DNA of 64,000 nucleotides from Gammaproteobacteria bacterium (GTDB lineage: Bacteria; Pseudomonadota; Gammaproteobacteria; Pseudomonadales; JANQJO01): the NCBI GenBank assembly GCA_031409375.1, contig JANNXD010000056.1, positions 49,014 to 113,013 on the forward strand. Direction: 5' to 3'. Of the stretch, positions 1 through 10,168 are shown in pieces (position 1 is the stretch's first letter; the number at the start of each line of letters is the position of its first letter). Under the pieces are notes generated by a model. That model was not told where the DNA came from, did not search any database, and saw nothing but the letters and a program-made list of their open reading frames with translations. A program made the translations under genes and the position numbers.

Positions 1-301
1 ACAGCGCATAGGATGGGACTATTTTAATAAAGCGTCGGTAAGCGTAGTGTGCTACAGAGGGATTGCGCGAATAGGCATGGTATAAGCAGTGACCGCTGAT
101 AAAGAAAAACAAGCTGACACCAATGGATCCGGTGGTGGCTAGGAACTCCAAGGGTGCTCGCCAAGTTAATTCCCAAAAATGTAAGTACAATACTAAAAAA
201 ATGGCGATTCCACGTAGGCCATCAATCACGGGTAGGCGCTGATGCTGCGAGTTGGTGTCGTGGTAAGCTCTATCTTGATTGGTTGTAATGGTCATTTGCA
301 T
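1..301 (-). CDS. Acyltransferase family 3 (OafA/YrhL-like) membrane protein, N-terminal part; the gene runs off the left edge of the window
   Basis: Manual reverse-strand translation from ATG at 301 gives MQMTITTNQDRAYHDTNSQHQRLPVIDGLRGIAIFLVLYLHFWE...SLFFFISGH. The LDGLRGIA...V..H start is the acyltransferase_3 signature. It is absent from the ORF track because it is open at the edge. Confidence 0.6.
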   Translation of the reverse strand, partial: MQMTITTNQDRAYHDTNSQHQRLPVIDGLRGIAIFLVLYLHFWELTWRAPLEFLATTGSIGVSLFFFISGHCLYHAYSRNPSVAHYAYRRFIKIVPSYAL

Positions 302-445
302 GCGCGGTTGTGTGCTGTTTGTCATAGTCAATAGCCTAGCAAATATTGATAGACTTGCTTGCTGTGGCATTTTCGGAAACAATGCCGTTTAGCTTGGGCG
401 TCGCTTGGCCAAATTCGATTTTGATATAAATCTCATGGAAACCAC

Positions 446-889
446 ATGTTAACCAATACCGATATACAGAAAATTCTTCCGCATCGCTACCCGTTTTTAT
501 TGATTGATCGAGTGATTGATCTCCAATTGGATTGTTCTATCGTGGGTTATAAAAATGTCACCATTAATGAGCCATTTTTCAATGGCCATTTTCCTGGGCA
601 ACCTGTCATGCCCGGCGTGTTGATTATTGAGGCGATGGCGCAAGCCTGCGGTGTGCTCGGTTTTAAAACCTTGAAAAAAACGGCTGATGATGGTTGGGTC
701 TGTATGATTGTGGGCATTAACCATGCGCGTTTTCGTCGGCCTGTTGTACCAGGCGACCAACTATTTTTAGAGGCCAAAAAAATTACTGAAAAGCGTGGTA
801 TCTGGGTATTTGCCTGCCAAGCCAAGGTTGATAATTTATTGGTTGCTGAAGCTGAGTTGTTGGTGGCAAAAAAGGAAGGCCACTTTTGA
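446..889 (+). CDS. fabZ: 3-hydroxyacyl-ACP dehydratase FabZ
   Basis: 147 aa; ILPHRYPFLLIDRV and FFNGHFPGQPVMPGVL hot-dog motifs; followed by lpxA-lpxB. Confidence 0.95.
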   Translation: MLTNTDIQKILPHRYPFLLIDRVIDLQLDCSIVGYKNVTINEPFFNGHFPGQPVMPGVLIIEAMAQACGVLGFKTLKKTADDGWVCMIVGINHARFRRPVVPGDQLFLEAKKITEKRGIWVFACQAKVDNLLVAEAELLVAKKEGHF

Positions 890-1713
890 GTCGTTTACCT
901 ATTCATACTTTGATTCATCCCACAGCCTTGATTGATGCCACTGCTGAACTTGCTGATGATGTAGTGGTTGGTGCTTACAGCATTATTGGGCCTGGTGTGT
1001 TTATTGATAGTGGTTGTGTAATTGGTCCACATGTGGTGCTCAAAGGTCAAACTTGGTTGGGTAAAGATAATCGTATTTATCAATTTGCGAGTGTTGGTGA
1101 AGATTGTCAGGATAAAAAATATCGCGGTGAAGTTACGCGGCTGGTGATCGGTCAGCGAAATGTGATTCGTGAAAGCGTCACCTTGCATCGCGGTACGGTG
1201 CAAGATCGTAGTGAAACCACCATTGGTGATGACAATCTATTCATGGCTTATGTTCATATAGGGCATGACTGTGTGATCGGTAATGGTACCGTGTTTGCCA
1301 ATAATGCGACGCTTGCTGGCCATGTACGCGTCGGCGATGGCGCTATTTTGGGTGGTTTTAGTGGTGTGCATCAGCATTGCTCAATTGGCGCTTTTAGTAT
1401 GGCGGCGATGTTTTCTGCCATTAATAAAGACGTACCAGCTTATGTCATGGTGCAGGGCAATATGGCGCGGGCACGCGGTTTAAATGTTGAAGGTATGCGC
1501 AGGCGCGGTTATTCTGCTGTGCTGATACAGCAATTGCAGCAGTTGTACAAAGTGGTTTATCGACAAGGATTAATCATGCAGGATGCACTCAAAAAAGTAG
1601 ATGATTTATTGTTAAATTGGCAAGCTGAGCACCTTCTAGTCGCCAATGATATGGAAATACTAACCTTGTTTTCTGCTTCGTTATACGCTTCCACTCGGGG
1701 TATTGTACGCTAA
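886..1713 (+). CDS. lpxA: Acyl-ACP--UDP-GlcNAc O-acyltransferase LpxA
   Basis: 275 aa; hexapeptide-repeat N-terminus (IHPTALID...VGAYSIIGPGV) and helical C-terminus; 4-nt overlap with fabZ. Confidence 0.95.
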   Translation: MSRLPIHTLIHPTALIDATAELADDVVVGAYSIIGPGVFIDSGCVIGPHVVLKGQTWLGKDNRIYQFASVGEDCQDKKYRGEVTRLVIGQRNVIRESVTLHRGTVQDRSETTIGDDNLFMAYVHIGHDCVIGNGTVFANNATLAGHVRVGDGAILGGFSGVHQHCSIGAFSMAAMFSAINKDVPAYVMVQGNMARARGLNVEGMRRRGYSAVLIQQLQQLYKVVYRQGLIMQDALKKVDDLLLNWQAEHLLVANDMEILTLFSASLYASTRGIVR

Positions 1714-2933
1714 TGTCGTTTTCTGAAATGACACCCTGTGTTCTAAAGGTTGCAATAATAGCTGGTGAAATATCCGGTGACCGTTTAGGTGCGGGCTTGA
1801 TGCAACAACTGCGCTTGTATTATCCGCATATCCATTTTTATGGTATTGGTGGTCCACAAATGGAGGCGGCGGGCTTGGATGCCTGGTATCCATTTGAGCT
1901 GTTGTCGGTTATGGGCATCACTGCGGTATTAAAACGCTTGCCGACCTTATTGCGATTGCGTCATCAGCTGGTCAAGCGATTGCTCGTATTGCAACCAGAT
2001 GTTTTTATTGGCATTGATTCGCCCGATTTTACGCTTGGCGTCGCCAAGCGGGTGCGTGCTCATGGTATTAAAACCGTGCATTACGTTAGCCCCTCGATTT
2101 GGGCGTGGCGAGCTTCGCGTATTCACACTATTCGCCAATCGGTTGATGTGATGCTGACATTATTTCCCTTTGAACAGTCGCTTTATCAGCAGCATCAAAT
2201 AAAAGCCGTGTGTGTTGGCCATCCATTGGCCGAGCAAATTGCAATGAAGGTGGATAGTAAAGCTGCACGTTTAGCCTTGCAGTTATTACCCAACGAACCA
2301 ATATTGGCAATTTTGCCCGGTTCGCGTCGGAGTGAAATTCAATATAATTTGCCCGTTATGTTGCAAAGTTTGGCACTGTTGCTCGAGACTAAACCACAGC
2401 TGCAATGTGTATTACCCGTGGCGCATGATGGGTTGCAACCGCTCATACAACAGTTGTTAGCCGCTTGCTCACCCGCAGTGCAGCAAGCTGTACGTTTGTT
2501 GCGAGGACAATCAACCTTGGCAATGAGTGCTTGTGATGTGGTGTTGCTCACTTCTGGCACCGCCTCGCTTGAAGCCATGTTATTGAAGCGGCCAATGGTG
2601 GTAATTTACAAATGGAGTGCGCTGAGTCATGCGCTCATTGCCCCCTGGGTTAAAACACCATTTATTGCGTTGCCCAATATTCTAGCAGGCAAAAAAATTG
2701 TACCTGAGTTTGTGCAATCGGCTTGTCAGCCAGCTGTGATCACCGAAGCGCTCAGCTTATTATTCCAAGGTAATCGTCGTACCTTGTTGCAAGATTTATT
2801 TGATACGCTGCATCAAACGCTAAAACGTGATGCGGATGTGCAAGCCGCCGCAGCTGTGTGGCAGTTATTAGCCGATGACATCAAAACTTTGCCCACTTTG
2901 CCCGTGGAAGTTGAAGAGACATCTGTATGTTGA
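1713..2933 (+). CDS. lpxB: Lipid-A-disaccharide synthase LpxB
   Basis: 406 aa; AGEISGD N-terminal motif and GTASLE motif; ATG overlaps the lpxA stop. Confidence 0.9.
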   Translation: MSFSEMTPCVLKVAIIAGEISGDRLGAGLMQQLRLYYPHIHFYGIGGPQMEAAGLDAWYPFELLSVMGITAVLKRLPTLLRLRHQLVKRLLVLQPDVFIGIDSPDFTLGVAKRVRAHGIKTVHYVSPSIWAWRASRIHTIRQSVDVMLTLFPFEQSLYQQHQIKAVCVGHPLAEQIAMKVDSKAARLALQLLPNEPILAILPGSRRSEIQYNLPVMLQSLALLLETKPQLQCVLPVAHDGLQPLIQQLLAACSPAVQQAVRLLRGQSTLAMSACDVVLLTSGTASLEAMLLKRPMVVIYKWSALSHALIAPWVKTPFIALPNILAGKKIVPEFVQSACQPAVITEALSLLFQGNRRTLLQDLFDTLHQTLKRDADVQAAAAVWQLLADDIKTLPTLPVEVEETSVC

Positions 2934-2964
2934 GCGCAGCAAAAATGATGTTAAGCAGAGCAAA

Positions 2965-3546
2965 GTGTTGATCGACACGAGGTTAATCGCAGGCGTTGAT
3001 GAAGTCGGTCGTGGGCCTTTGGCTGGCGCCGTTGTTGCCGCTGCGGTGATTCTGAATCCGGCACGGCCCATTAATGGCTTAACTGATTCCAAAAAACTCA
3101 CAGCGCGCGTTCGTGAGCGTCTGTCTGGAGAAATTCAAAACTGTGCGCTGGCTTTTGCATTTGGCCGTGCCGAAGTGGAAGAAATCGATCAGTTCAATAT
3201 TTTACAAGCCAGTTTATTGGCCATGCAGCGTGCTGTGGACGCGCTTGGCATTACGCCGGAGTTTGTCTTGGTTGATGGTAATTCTTTGCCGCAGTTATCC
3301 ATTCCGGCGCGTGCGATTGTCGGCGGTGATTTATCGGAGCCTTGCATCAGCGCGGCTTCCATTATTGCCAAAGTGGCACGTGATGCCGAAATGTTGCTGT
3401 TGGATCAGCAATATCCTGGTTATGGTTGGGCGGGTAACAAAGGTTATCCAACAGTGGCGCATCGGCAAGCATTGCGTGATCTGGGTGTGACGCCGTGGCA
3501 TAGACGCAGCTTTGCGCCAGTGCGGGCGTGTTTGGAATTGATTTAA
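2965..3546 (+). CDS. rnhB: Ribonuclease HII
   Basis: [26 protein letters not shown] and LVDGN motifs. The track ORF opens at 2875 inside lpxB; the in-frame GTG at 2965 gives a typical 193-aa protein. The start is uncertain. Confidence 0.88.
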   Translation: MLIDTRLIAGVDEVGRGPLAGAVVAAAVILNPARPINGLTDSKKLTARVRERLSGEIQNCALAFAFGRAEVEEIDQFNILQASLLAMQRAVDALGITPEFVLVDGNSLPQLSIPARAIVGGDLSEPCISAASIIAKVARDAEMLLLDQQYPGYGWAGNKGYPTVAHRQALRDLGVTPWHRRSFAPVRACLELI

Positions 3547-3582
3547 AATAATTGCCTTTTTTTCTGCAGTATTGTTAAGGAA

Positions 3583-6462
3583 TCACGCAACTTCTATCGC
3601 TTGCGCTGTTATCGCTTGTGTTGTCTGTTTGGCGAGTAAAGGTGCTAAGAAGTGTCCGGTATAGGAGTGGGGTTGGGCGGCGACGTGTTCGGGGGTGCCG
3701 GTGGCGATGATATGGCCGCCTTTCGCGCCGCCTTCTGGGCCGAGATCAATCACCCAGTCTGCGGTTTTAATCACATCGAGGTTATGCTCGATCACCACGA
3801 TGGTATTGCCCGCGTCGCGTAAGCGGTGCAGCACTTTGAGCAGTTGTTCGATGTCGTGAAAATGCAGGCCGGTCGTCGGTTCGTCCAGAATGTAAAGGGT
3901 ATTTCCGGTGTCACGTTTAGAAAGCTCTTTGGCAAGTTTGACGCGCTGCGCTTCGCCGCCGGACAGGGTAGTCGCCGCTTGTCCTAAGCGGATATAACTT
4001 AAGCCGACATCCATCAAAGTTTGTAGTTTGCGGGCAAGGCTGGGGATCGGTGCAAAAAATTCGCAGGCAGCCTCGATGGTCAAATCGAGCACCTGATGAA
4101 TGTTTTTGTTTTTGTAGGTGACGCCCAGCGTTTCGCGGTTATAGCGTTTGCCCTCACACACATCGCAGGTCACATACATATCGGCTAAAAAATGCATCTC
4201 GACTTTGATTAATCCGTCGCCTTCGCAGGCTTCGCAGCGACCACCTTTGACATTAAAGCTGAATCGCCCGGGTTTATAACCCCTTGCTCGCGCTTCGGGG
4301 GTGCCGGCAAACAGCTCGCGCACGGGTGTAAAAATCCCGGTGTAAGTCGCCGGATTGGAGCGTGGGGTGCGGCCAATGGGGCTTTGATTGATGTCGATGA
4401 CTTTGTCGAAATAACTTAAGCCTTCAATATGGTCGTGTGCATCGGCTTCTAAGGTGCTGGCACCATTTAATGCCGTTGCCGCCAATGGATAGAGTGTGCG
4501 ATTAATTAAGGTGGATTTACCTGAGCCGGAAACACCAGTGATGCAGGTAAACAAACCCACCGGCAACTCTAAGGTCACGTTTTGCAAATTATTGCCGCGT
4601 GCGCCGTGCACCACCAATTTGGCTTTGGGTTGGGCTTGCACACGTTTTTCCGGTATCGCAATGCCCCGGCGACCGCTGAGAAATTGTCCAGTAACCGAAC
4701 GCTGGCAGCGCTTAATATCAGCGAGCGTACCTTGAGCAATGACTTCGCCACCATGAATACCGGCACCCGGTCCCATATCAATAATATGATCGGCGGCCTG
4801 CATGGCGTCTTCGTCGTGTTCGACCACAATCACGCTATTGCCGAGATCCCGCAGGTGATGCAGCGTTTGAATTAAGCGGGCGTTATCGCGTTGATGCAAA
4901 CCTATGGAGGGTTCGTCTAATACATACATCACGCCGACTAAGCCAGCACCAATTTGGCTGGCTAAGCGAATGCGCTGCGCTTCACCACCCGACAAGGTGT
5001 CAGCGGTACGTTCGAGTGATAAATACTCCAAGCCGACATTGAGTAAAAAACTCAGTCGTGCACTAATTTCTTGCAGAATTTTCGCGGCGATGAGTTGTTT
5101 TTGCCCTTGAAATACCAAGGCATTAATTTGGTGGTGCAGGTGTTCGATGGACAGGCGGGTGAACATGGGTAGCGTGAAATCTTGAATGCGCACACAGCGG
5201 GCATTGGTATTTAAGCGTGAGCCATCACATTGTTCGCAGCGCGTCACCGTGGCAAATTTCCCGAGTTCTTCACGCTGACTACCGGATTCACTTTCGCGAT
5301 AACGCCGTGTCATGTTGGGAATAATGCCCTCAAACTTATGGGTACGTTGCACGCTGCGATGGCGGCCACTGCCGTAGTTGAACACAACGGCTTCATCACT
5401 GCCATATAGCAAGATATCGCGATGTTTGGGGCTGAGCTTGCGCAGCGGTGTATCCAGATCAAAATCAAAATGCGTAGCTAAAGCTTGCAGGGTTTGAAAA
5501 TGAAAGCCACTGCTCATATCCCAGCCATGAATGGCGCTTTCGGAAAGGCTGAGCTTATCGTCGGCAATGATTTTGGCGGAATCAAAAAATTCATGTGTGC
5601 CCAAACCATCACATTCTGGACAGGCACCGGCGGGATTATTAAATGAAAACAACCGAGGTTCTAATTCTGGCAAACTGAAATCACATTCTGGGCAGGCATA
5701 GCGCGCGGAAAAAGTGCGCTGCTTTTCGATACTCGTGGACTCGAGTTGATCGATCGGGCAGGCATACACCAAACCGTCTGATAAGCGCAATGCGGTTTCT
5801 AACGATTCAGCAATGCGTTGCTTTAAATCGCTGCGCACTTTGAAGCGATCCACAATTACTTCAATGGTGTGCTTATGAGTTTTTTTTAAGGTTGGCAAAT
5901 CATCGAGTTCATATATTTCACCGTCAATACGCACGCGTAAAAACCCCTGGCTGCGCAGTTGCGTAAACACTTGTGTATGTTCGCCTTTGCGCTCACGGAT
6001 GACGGGCGCCAGCAGCATGATCTTGGTGTCTTCAGGTAGCAGTAAGAGTTCGTCGGTCATCTGGCTGATGGTTTGGGCTTGCAGGTGAATATCATGAGTT
6101 GGGCAATAGGGTTCGCCGACGCGGGCGAACAGCAGGCGCAGATAATCATAAACTTCGGTGATGGTACCGACGGTGGAGCGCGGATTATGTGACGTAGATT
6201 TTTGTTCAATGGAAATGGCAGGCGATAAGCCTTCGATATGCTCCACGTCCGGTTTTTCCATCAACGACAAAAACTGCCGCGCGTAGGCCGATAAGGATTC
6301 CACATAGCGGCGTTGTCCTTCGGCATATAAAGTATCAAACGCCAATGAAGATTTTCCAGAGCCCGATAGCCCGGTGATGATCACTAGCTTATCGCGCGGG
6401 ATGGTTAAACTGATGTTCTTAAGGTTATGCGTTTTCGCACCTTGAATAACAATGGAATCCAT
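3583..6462 (-). CDS. uvrA: Excinuclease ABC subunit A
   Basis: 959 aa; two ABC ATPase modules ([26 protein letters not shown] twice) and zinc-finger CxxC pairs. Confidence 0.97.
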   Translation of the reverse strand: MDSIVIQGAKTHNLKNISLTIPRDKLVIITGLSGSGKSSLAFDTLYAEGQRRYVESLSAYARQFLSLMEKPDVEHIEGLSPAISIEQKSTSHNPRSTVGTITEVYDYLRLLFARVGEPYCPTHDIHLQAQTISQMTDELLLLPEDTKIMLLAPVIRERKGEHTQVFTQLRSQGFLRVRIDGEIYELDDLPTLKKTHKHTIEVIVDRFKVRSDLKQRIAESLETALRLSDGLVYACPIDQLESTSIEKQRTFSARYACPECDFSLPELEPRLFSFNNPAGACPECDGLGTHEFFDSAKIIADDKLSLSESAIHGWDMSSGFHFQTLQALATHFDFDLDTPLRKLSPKHRDILLYGSDEAVVFNYGSGRHRSVQRTHKFEGIIPNMTRRYRESESGSQREELGKFATVTRCEQCDGSRLNTNARCVRIQDFTLPMFTRLSIEHLHHQINALVFQGQKQLIAAKILQEISARLSFLLNVGLEYLSLERTADTLSGGEAQRIRLASQIGAGLVGVMYVLDEPSIGLHQRDNARLIQTLHHLRDLGNSVIVVEHDEDAMQAADHIIDMGPGAGIHGGEVIAQGTLADIKRCQRSVTGQFLSGRRGIAIPEKRVQAQPKAKLVVHGARGNNLQNVTLELPVGLFTCITGVSGSGKSTLINRTLYPLAATALNGASTLEADAHDHIEGLSYFDKVIDINQSPIGRTPRSNPATYTGIFTPVRELFAGTPEARARGYKPGRFSFNVKGGRCEACEGDGLIKVEMHFLADMYVTCDVCEGKRYNRETLGVTYKNKNIHQVLDLTIEAACEFFAPIPSLARKLQTLMDVGLSYIRLGQAATTLSGGEAQRVKLAKELSKRDTGNTLYILDEPTTGLHFHDIEQLLKVLHRLRDAGNTIVVIEHNLDVIKTADWVIDLGPEGGAKGGHIIATGTPEHVAAQPHSYTGHFLAPLLAKQTTQAITAQAIEVA

Positions 6463-6550
6463 GACAAAGGCTCAGTGAAAAAAGGCGAGTATACTGGATT
6501 TTGGTTTGCAGGAAGGACTCAGTGCGTTGACCGATCGATTCTCTTACTGA

Positions 6551-7768
6551 TCAAGCCAGTTTGGCGGCAATAAATGCCGTGGTCCAGCAGGCTTGGAAGT
6601 TATAACCACCGGTAATGCCATCCACATCAATGACCTCACCGCAAAAATATAAACCTTGGCAAACGCGGCTTTGTAGGGTGTTAAAGTTGATGCTGGCTAA
6701 GCTCACGCCACCACAGGTCACGAACTCCTCTTTAAAGGTAGTTTTACCTTGTACGTGATACACATCGTTAGCTAAGACATTCACCAATTGATTGAGTCCT
6801 TTTTTGCCCAGCTCTGCCCATTTTTTGCTGAGCGGTAATTCGGTTTTTTCCAGCAGATAAAACCAAAGGCGCTCAGGTAAGCCATAAGGTTTGATGGACG
6901 AGAGTTGTTTGTGTGTGTGTTCGGTCACGATGCGGGTGAGTGTTTTAGCGACTGCGTCATGATGTGTTTCATTCGCCCAATTAATTTGGATGTGAAAATC
7001 ATAAGCTTTTTCTTGCAGCACGCGAGCGCCAAAAGCCGACAACTTTAAAATCGCCGGTCCACTCATGCCCCAATGGGTAATTAACAAGGGACCTGATGAT
7101 TTCAAAGCGGTGCCTTGTATGGCGACAAGCGCTTCAGGCACAGAGATACCCATTAAGGACGTTACCGTTTCTTGCGGCATATTAAAGGTAAATAGCGACG
7201 GCACAGGTCCAATAATTTGATGGCCCAGTTTTTCTAGCCAATCTAAGCCTTTTCTTCTTGGGGAGCCACCGCTGGCAACAATCACTTTATCGAATGGCGC
7301 AGCGGCAATACGGGGATCGATAAACGCCAGCATCAGTCCATTGGTGCTCGGTTGTATCGCTTCAATGCCATGATTCAAGCGAATATCTACACCCAATCGA
7401 GTGGCTTCACGCACCAGACAATCGATGATGCTTTGTGAAGTTTGTGATTCGGGAAATACACAATTATCGTCTTGTGTCATTAAGCTCACACCGCGCGCAG
7501 CGAACCATTGCATCGTGTCTTGGCTATTAAAAACTCGGAACGCTTGTTTGAGCTGCTTACCCCCGCGCGGATAACCCGCCGCCAGCGTTTCAATCGTTGG
7601 ACAATTGTTGGTGACATTGCAGCGCCCACCACCCGAAGCGCGTACCTTGGTCAGCAGCTTTTGTGATTTTTCAAAAAGTATCACGTCTGCGGCTGGATAG
7701 TTTTCTTTAACGCTAATTGCCGCAAAAAAACCGCCTGCGCCACCCCCAATAATGCCGACTTTCATCAA
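6551..7768 (-). CDS. NAD(FAD)-utilising flavoprotein, HI0933/YhiN (BaiN-like) family
   Basis: 405 aa; GGGAGGFFAA dinucleotide-binding N-terminus, GGGRCNVTN motif, C-terminal GEVIDVDGITGGYNFQ. Confidence 0.85.
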   Translation of the reverse strand: MMKVGIIGGGAGGFFAAISVKENYPAADVILFEKSQKLLTKVRASGGGRCNVTNNCPTIETLAAGYPRGGKQLKQAFRVFNSQDTMQWFAARGVSLMTQDDNCVFPESQTSQSIIDCLVREATRLGVDIRLNHGIEAIQPSTNGLMLAFIDPRIAAAPFDKVIVASGGSPRRKGLDWLEKLGHQIIGPVPSLFTFNMPQETVTSLMGISVPEALVAIQGTALKSSGPLLITHWGMSGPAILKLSAFGARVLQEKAYDFHIQINWANETHHDAVAKTLTRIVTEHTHKQLSSIKPYGLPERLWFYLLEKTELPLSKKWAELGKKGLNQLVNVLANDVYHVQGKTTFKEEFVTCGGVSLASINFNTLQSRVCQGLYFCGEVIDVDGITGGYNFQACWTTAFIAAKLA

Positions 7769-7895
7769 TAGTGCTCTTTACTGATCATGTAATTGGCCAA
7801 GTTGAATGGTTGGAGTTTTATGGCGATTAATTGCGTACAATACCGCGTTCTTAAAGTCTTTGTTGATGAAATTCAATTTTAGGATGGCAACAGTT

Positions 7896-9050
7896 ATGAC
7901 ACTAACCAAGATAGAGCGGCGCATTACGCTGACAGTGATCAGCCTGATGGCACTGCGGATGATCGGCTTGTTTTTATTAATCCCGGTACTGCCGGTTTTG
8001 GCGATGCAGTTTCAAGGTGCAACACCAACCCTGGTCGGCTTAAGTATTGGCATCTATGGATTAACACAAGCGGCTTTGCAGATTCCGCTGGGTTGGTTAT
8101 CGGATCGATGGGGGCGTCGGCCGGTAATTTTGATGGGCTTAGTCATGTTTGTCGTCGGTGGCGTGGTGGCGGCATTGGCCACTTCTATTGAAGGCATTAT
8201 TCTGGGGCGGGCACTACAGGGCAGTGGTGCTATTTCTTCAGTGCTACTGGCTTTACTGGCGGATGTGTCGCGCCCGGAGCAGCGTGCGAAACTCATGGCG
8301 GCAGTTGGTATCAGCATTGGCGCGAGCTTTTCGTTGGCGATTGTTGCCGGTCCGACCTTAACGCACTGGCTCAGCTTAACGGATTTATTTTGGTTCACGG
8401 CCATAGCCGGATCACTGGGTATTGCGCTGGTTTGGCTCGGTGTGCCGGGCAATATGGCCATGCAGATTGAATCGACGCCTTTTGCCGAAGCAATGCGCGC
8501 TTGCGTGCGAGTACCGGGCTTGATGTGGCTGGTGGGCTCGGTGCTGCTGATTCATTTGTTGATGACCGCCGTATTTATGGTATTTCCGTATCAGTTGACA
8601 CATCAATTTGATTGGCCATTGCCGATGCATTGGCGCATTTATTTACCGTTAATGATATTTGTATTGGCAATCGTGATGCCGTGTTTGGGCTGGGTCGAGC
8701 GTAAGCGCCAACATAAAAAATTATTGGTCAGCGCTTTTGGCGGCCTAACCATCGGCATCGTCAGCTTTGATCTACTGGATCATCATTTAATAGGCTGGCT
8801 GTTGTCTTTTGCGCTGATTTTTATCAGCTTTAATATTTTAGAGGGTAGCCTACCGTCGTTGCTGAGTCGTTTAGTACCGGCGCATTTAAAAGGCAGCGCT
8901 TTAGGATTGTTTGCCAGTTCACAATTTATCGGTGCTTTTGGTGGTGGTGTGTTGGCAGGACATGGCTTGGAAATCGATCACATCAGTCGTTTTAGGGGTG
9001 ATGGCGATAATTTGCTTAGGTTGGGCATTGTTGCTGGCTTGGCGGCTTGA
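7896..9050 (+). CDS. MFS transporter with an apparent +1 frameshift near the 3' end
   Basis: Multiple TM helices and the GWLSDRWGRRP MFS loop motif. Start taken at ATG 7896 (AGGA upstream); the track ORF opens at 7806. The last predicted TM helix (SITSVVLGVMAIICLGWALLLAW) is encoded in the +1 frame by ORF 8911..9114. Confidence 0.75.
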   Translation: MTLTKIERRITLTVISLMALRMIGLFLLIPVLPVLAMQFQGATPTLVGLSIGIYGLTQAALQIPLGWLSDRWGRRPVILMGLVMFVVGGVVAALATSIEGIILGRALQGSGAISSVLLALLADVSRPEQRAKLMAAVGISIGASFSLAIVAGPTLTHWLSLTDLFWFTAIAGSLGIALVWLGVPGNMAMQIESTPFAEAMRACVRVPGLMWLVGSVLLIHLLMTAVFMVFPYQLTHQFDWPLPMHWRIYLPLMIFVLAIVMPCLGWVERKRQHKKLLVSAFGGLTIGIVSFDLLDHHLIGWLLSFALIFISFNILEGSLPSLLSRLVPAHLKGSALGLFASSQFIGAFGGGVLAGHGLEIDHISRFRGDGDNLLRLGIVAGLAA

Positions 9051-9126
9051 TTTACGCAGTGTTTATGGCAGTATGCGCGGCCAGTCGTTTGAAGCGCATT
9101 TGAATGATCAATAGCTTGAGGTCAGC

Positions 9127-9424
9127 ATGAATCTAATGGAGCTTCAGTCACAAGTTGCTTTGGGCGAAGATAGTCAACATCAATTTAATGCTGATGTCAC
9201 CAATGCAGATAGTTTGGCGGGCAGAAATGGTTGCTTTTGTGAATGCGGAAGGCGGCAACATTTTTATTGGTGTCGATAATCGTGGGAAAATTACGGGTGT
9301 TGAAGGCACGCAAGTCCATCGTCTCAATCAGCTAATCAGTAATACAGCTAGTCAATTTGTAAAAAGTCCTTTATCTGTGGCAGTTGAATCTGCCAGTCAC
9401 TTCCAGCTCGTTGGTCATATATAA
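9127..9424 (+). pseudogene. Frameshifted, truncated remnant of an AlbA_2/Schlafen-type (divergent AAA_4, RecG-like) putative DNA-binding regulator
   Basis: ATG 9127 frame reads MNLMELQSQVALGEDSQHQFNADVTNADSLA. The homology then continues in another frame (ORF 9155..9424) as AEMVAFVNAEGGNIFIGVDNRGKITGV and stops after about 100 aa. Full-length family members are several hundred aa. Confidence 0.5.
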
Positions 9425-9883
9425 TCCATTCTCTTGTTTTGGCGAACGGAGTTAAGTGGCTTTTTATCCTCTGATCAACGAGCTTCTTTCGCGTCAATAT
9501 AAGAGAGCGCACTTATCAGAGGCTGCTTATACCTCCAACCTTAAATCAGTGAACAATCTCCAACAACATTGGTCATTTTGTCCGGCCGGTATTTCAACGG
9601 ATTGGCTTAATGAGACTGCGCCCACGCAACCAAGCTTTGGACGTGTTACATCAATCAGATTAGCTAAGCGTAATACCGATAGTCAGCAATCTGAGGCAAC
9701 GTCTACCTTTTTATCCCTCCATGGTTACTTTTAATTTGAGGCAACTCGATTGAAGAGTAGGCTATTTATTTTAAATGGATTAACTGATAGAGTGCGTATA
9801 AATTTTAATCCGGCAGTGATTTCTATTCGTTGTAAATCGGCCGCATTATCAAAGATCGCTGTTGAACCAGTTAAAATAAATGC

Positions 9884-10050
9884 TAGGAGCCTGTCGGACT
9901 TAAGCGCTCGTCGCGAGAGAAAGTCTGGTTTTAGGCCTTTTTTTGTTCAATTCGAAGGCGAATAGCAGCGCTATTTAACTGAAGGCTGGGCGGAAAATGG
10001 CCAATTCGGCTTTTTCGTAGAAGAGCATTGTTAAGTCCGACAGGCTCCTA
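9884..10050. repeat. 167-bp element bounded by perfect 20-bp inverted repeats (MITE-like or long hairpin)
   Basis: TAGGAGCCTGTCGGACTTAA at 9884..9903 and its exact reverse complement TTAAGTCCGACAGGCTCCTA at 10031..10050; 127 bp between them; no supported ORF. Confidence 0.85.
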
Positions 10051-10168
10051 AAGTTGCGTGTAAATAGCGTTTGTCTGCGCAACCAATCCAAACGCTTATC
10101 GCGTTTTCAAGGTGGCGTGGATAGAACGCTGGTTTTTTTGGCCATGTTGTCTCTCCTGGAGTTGTGCT

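Noticed and set aside
6463-6550. Possible SOS (LexA) box upstream of uvrA
   Set aside because: Only an AGTATACT palindrome (6488-6495) and a CTG-N12-CAG arrangement are present. Neither fits the gammaproteobacterial CTGT-N8-ACAG consensus.
9456-9965. Two plus-strand ORFs (92 aa and 71 aa) in the decayed zone
   Set aside because: They have no Shine-Dalgarno, no recognisable motif, and one has a TTG start. They lie in AT-rich DNA next to a pseudogene, so I treat them as non-coding. A remnant of a lost gene cannot be excluded.
9884-10050. The perfect inverted repeat as an integron attC site or retron msr/msd
   Set aside because: GTTAAGT fits the attC R' consensus GTTRRRY. However, it and its partner lie at the inner ends of the palindrome arms rather than the outer ends, and no integrase is present. 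No reverse transcriptase gene is nearby, which argues against a retron.
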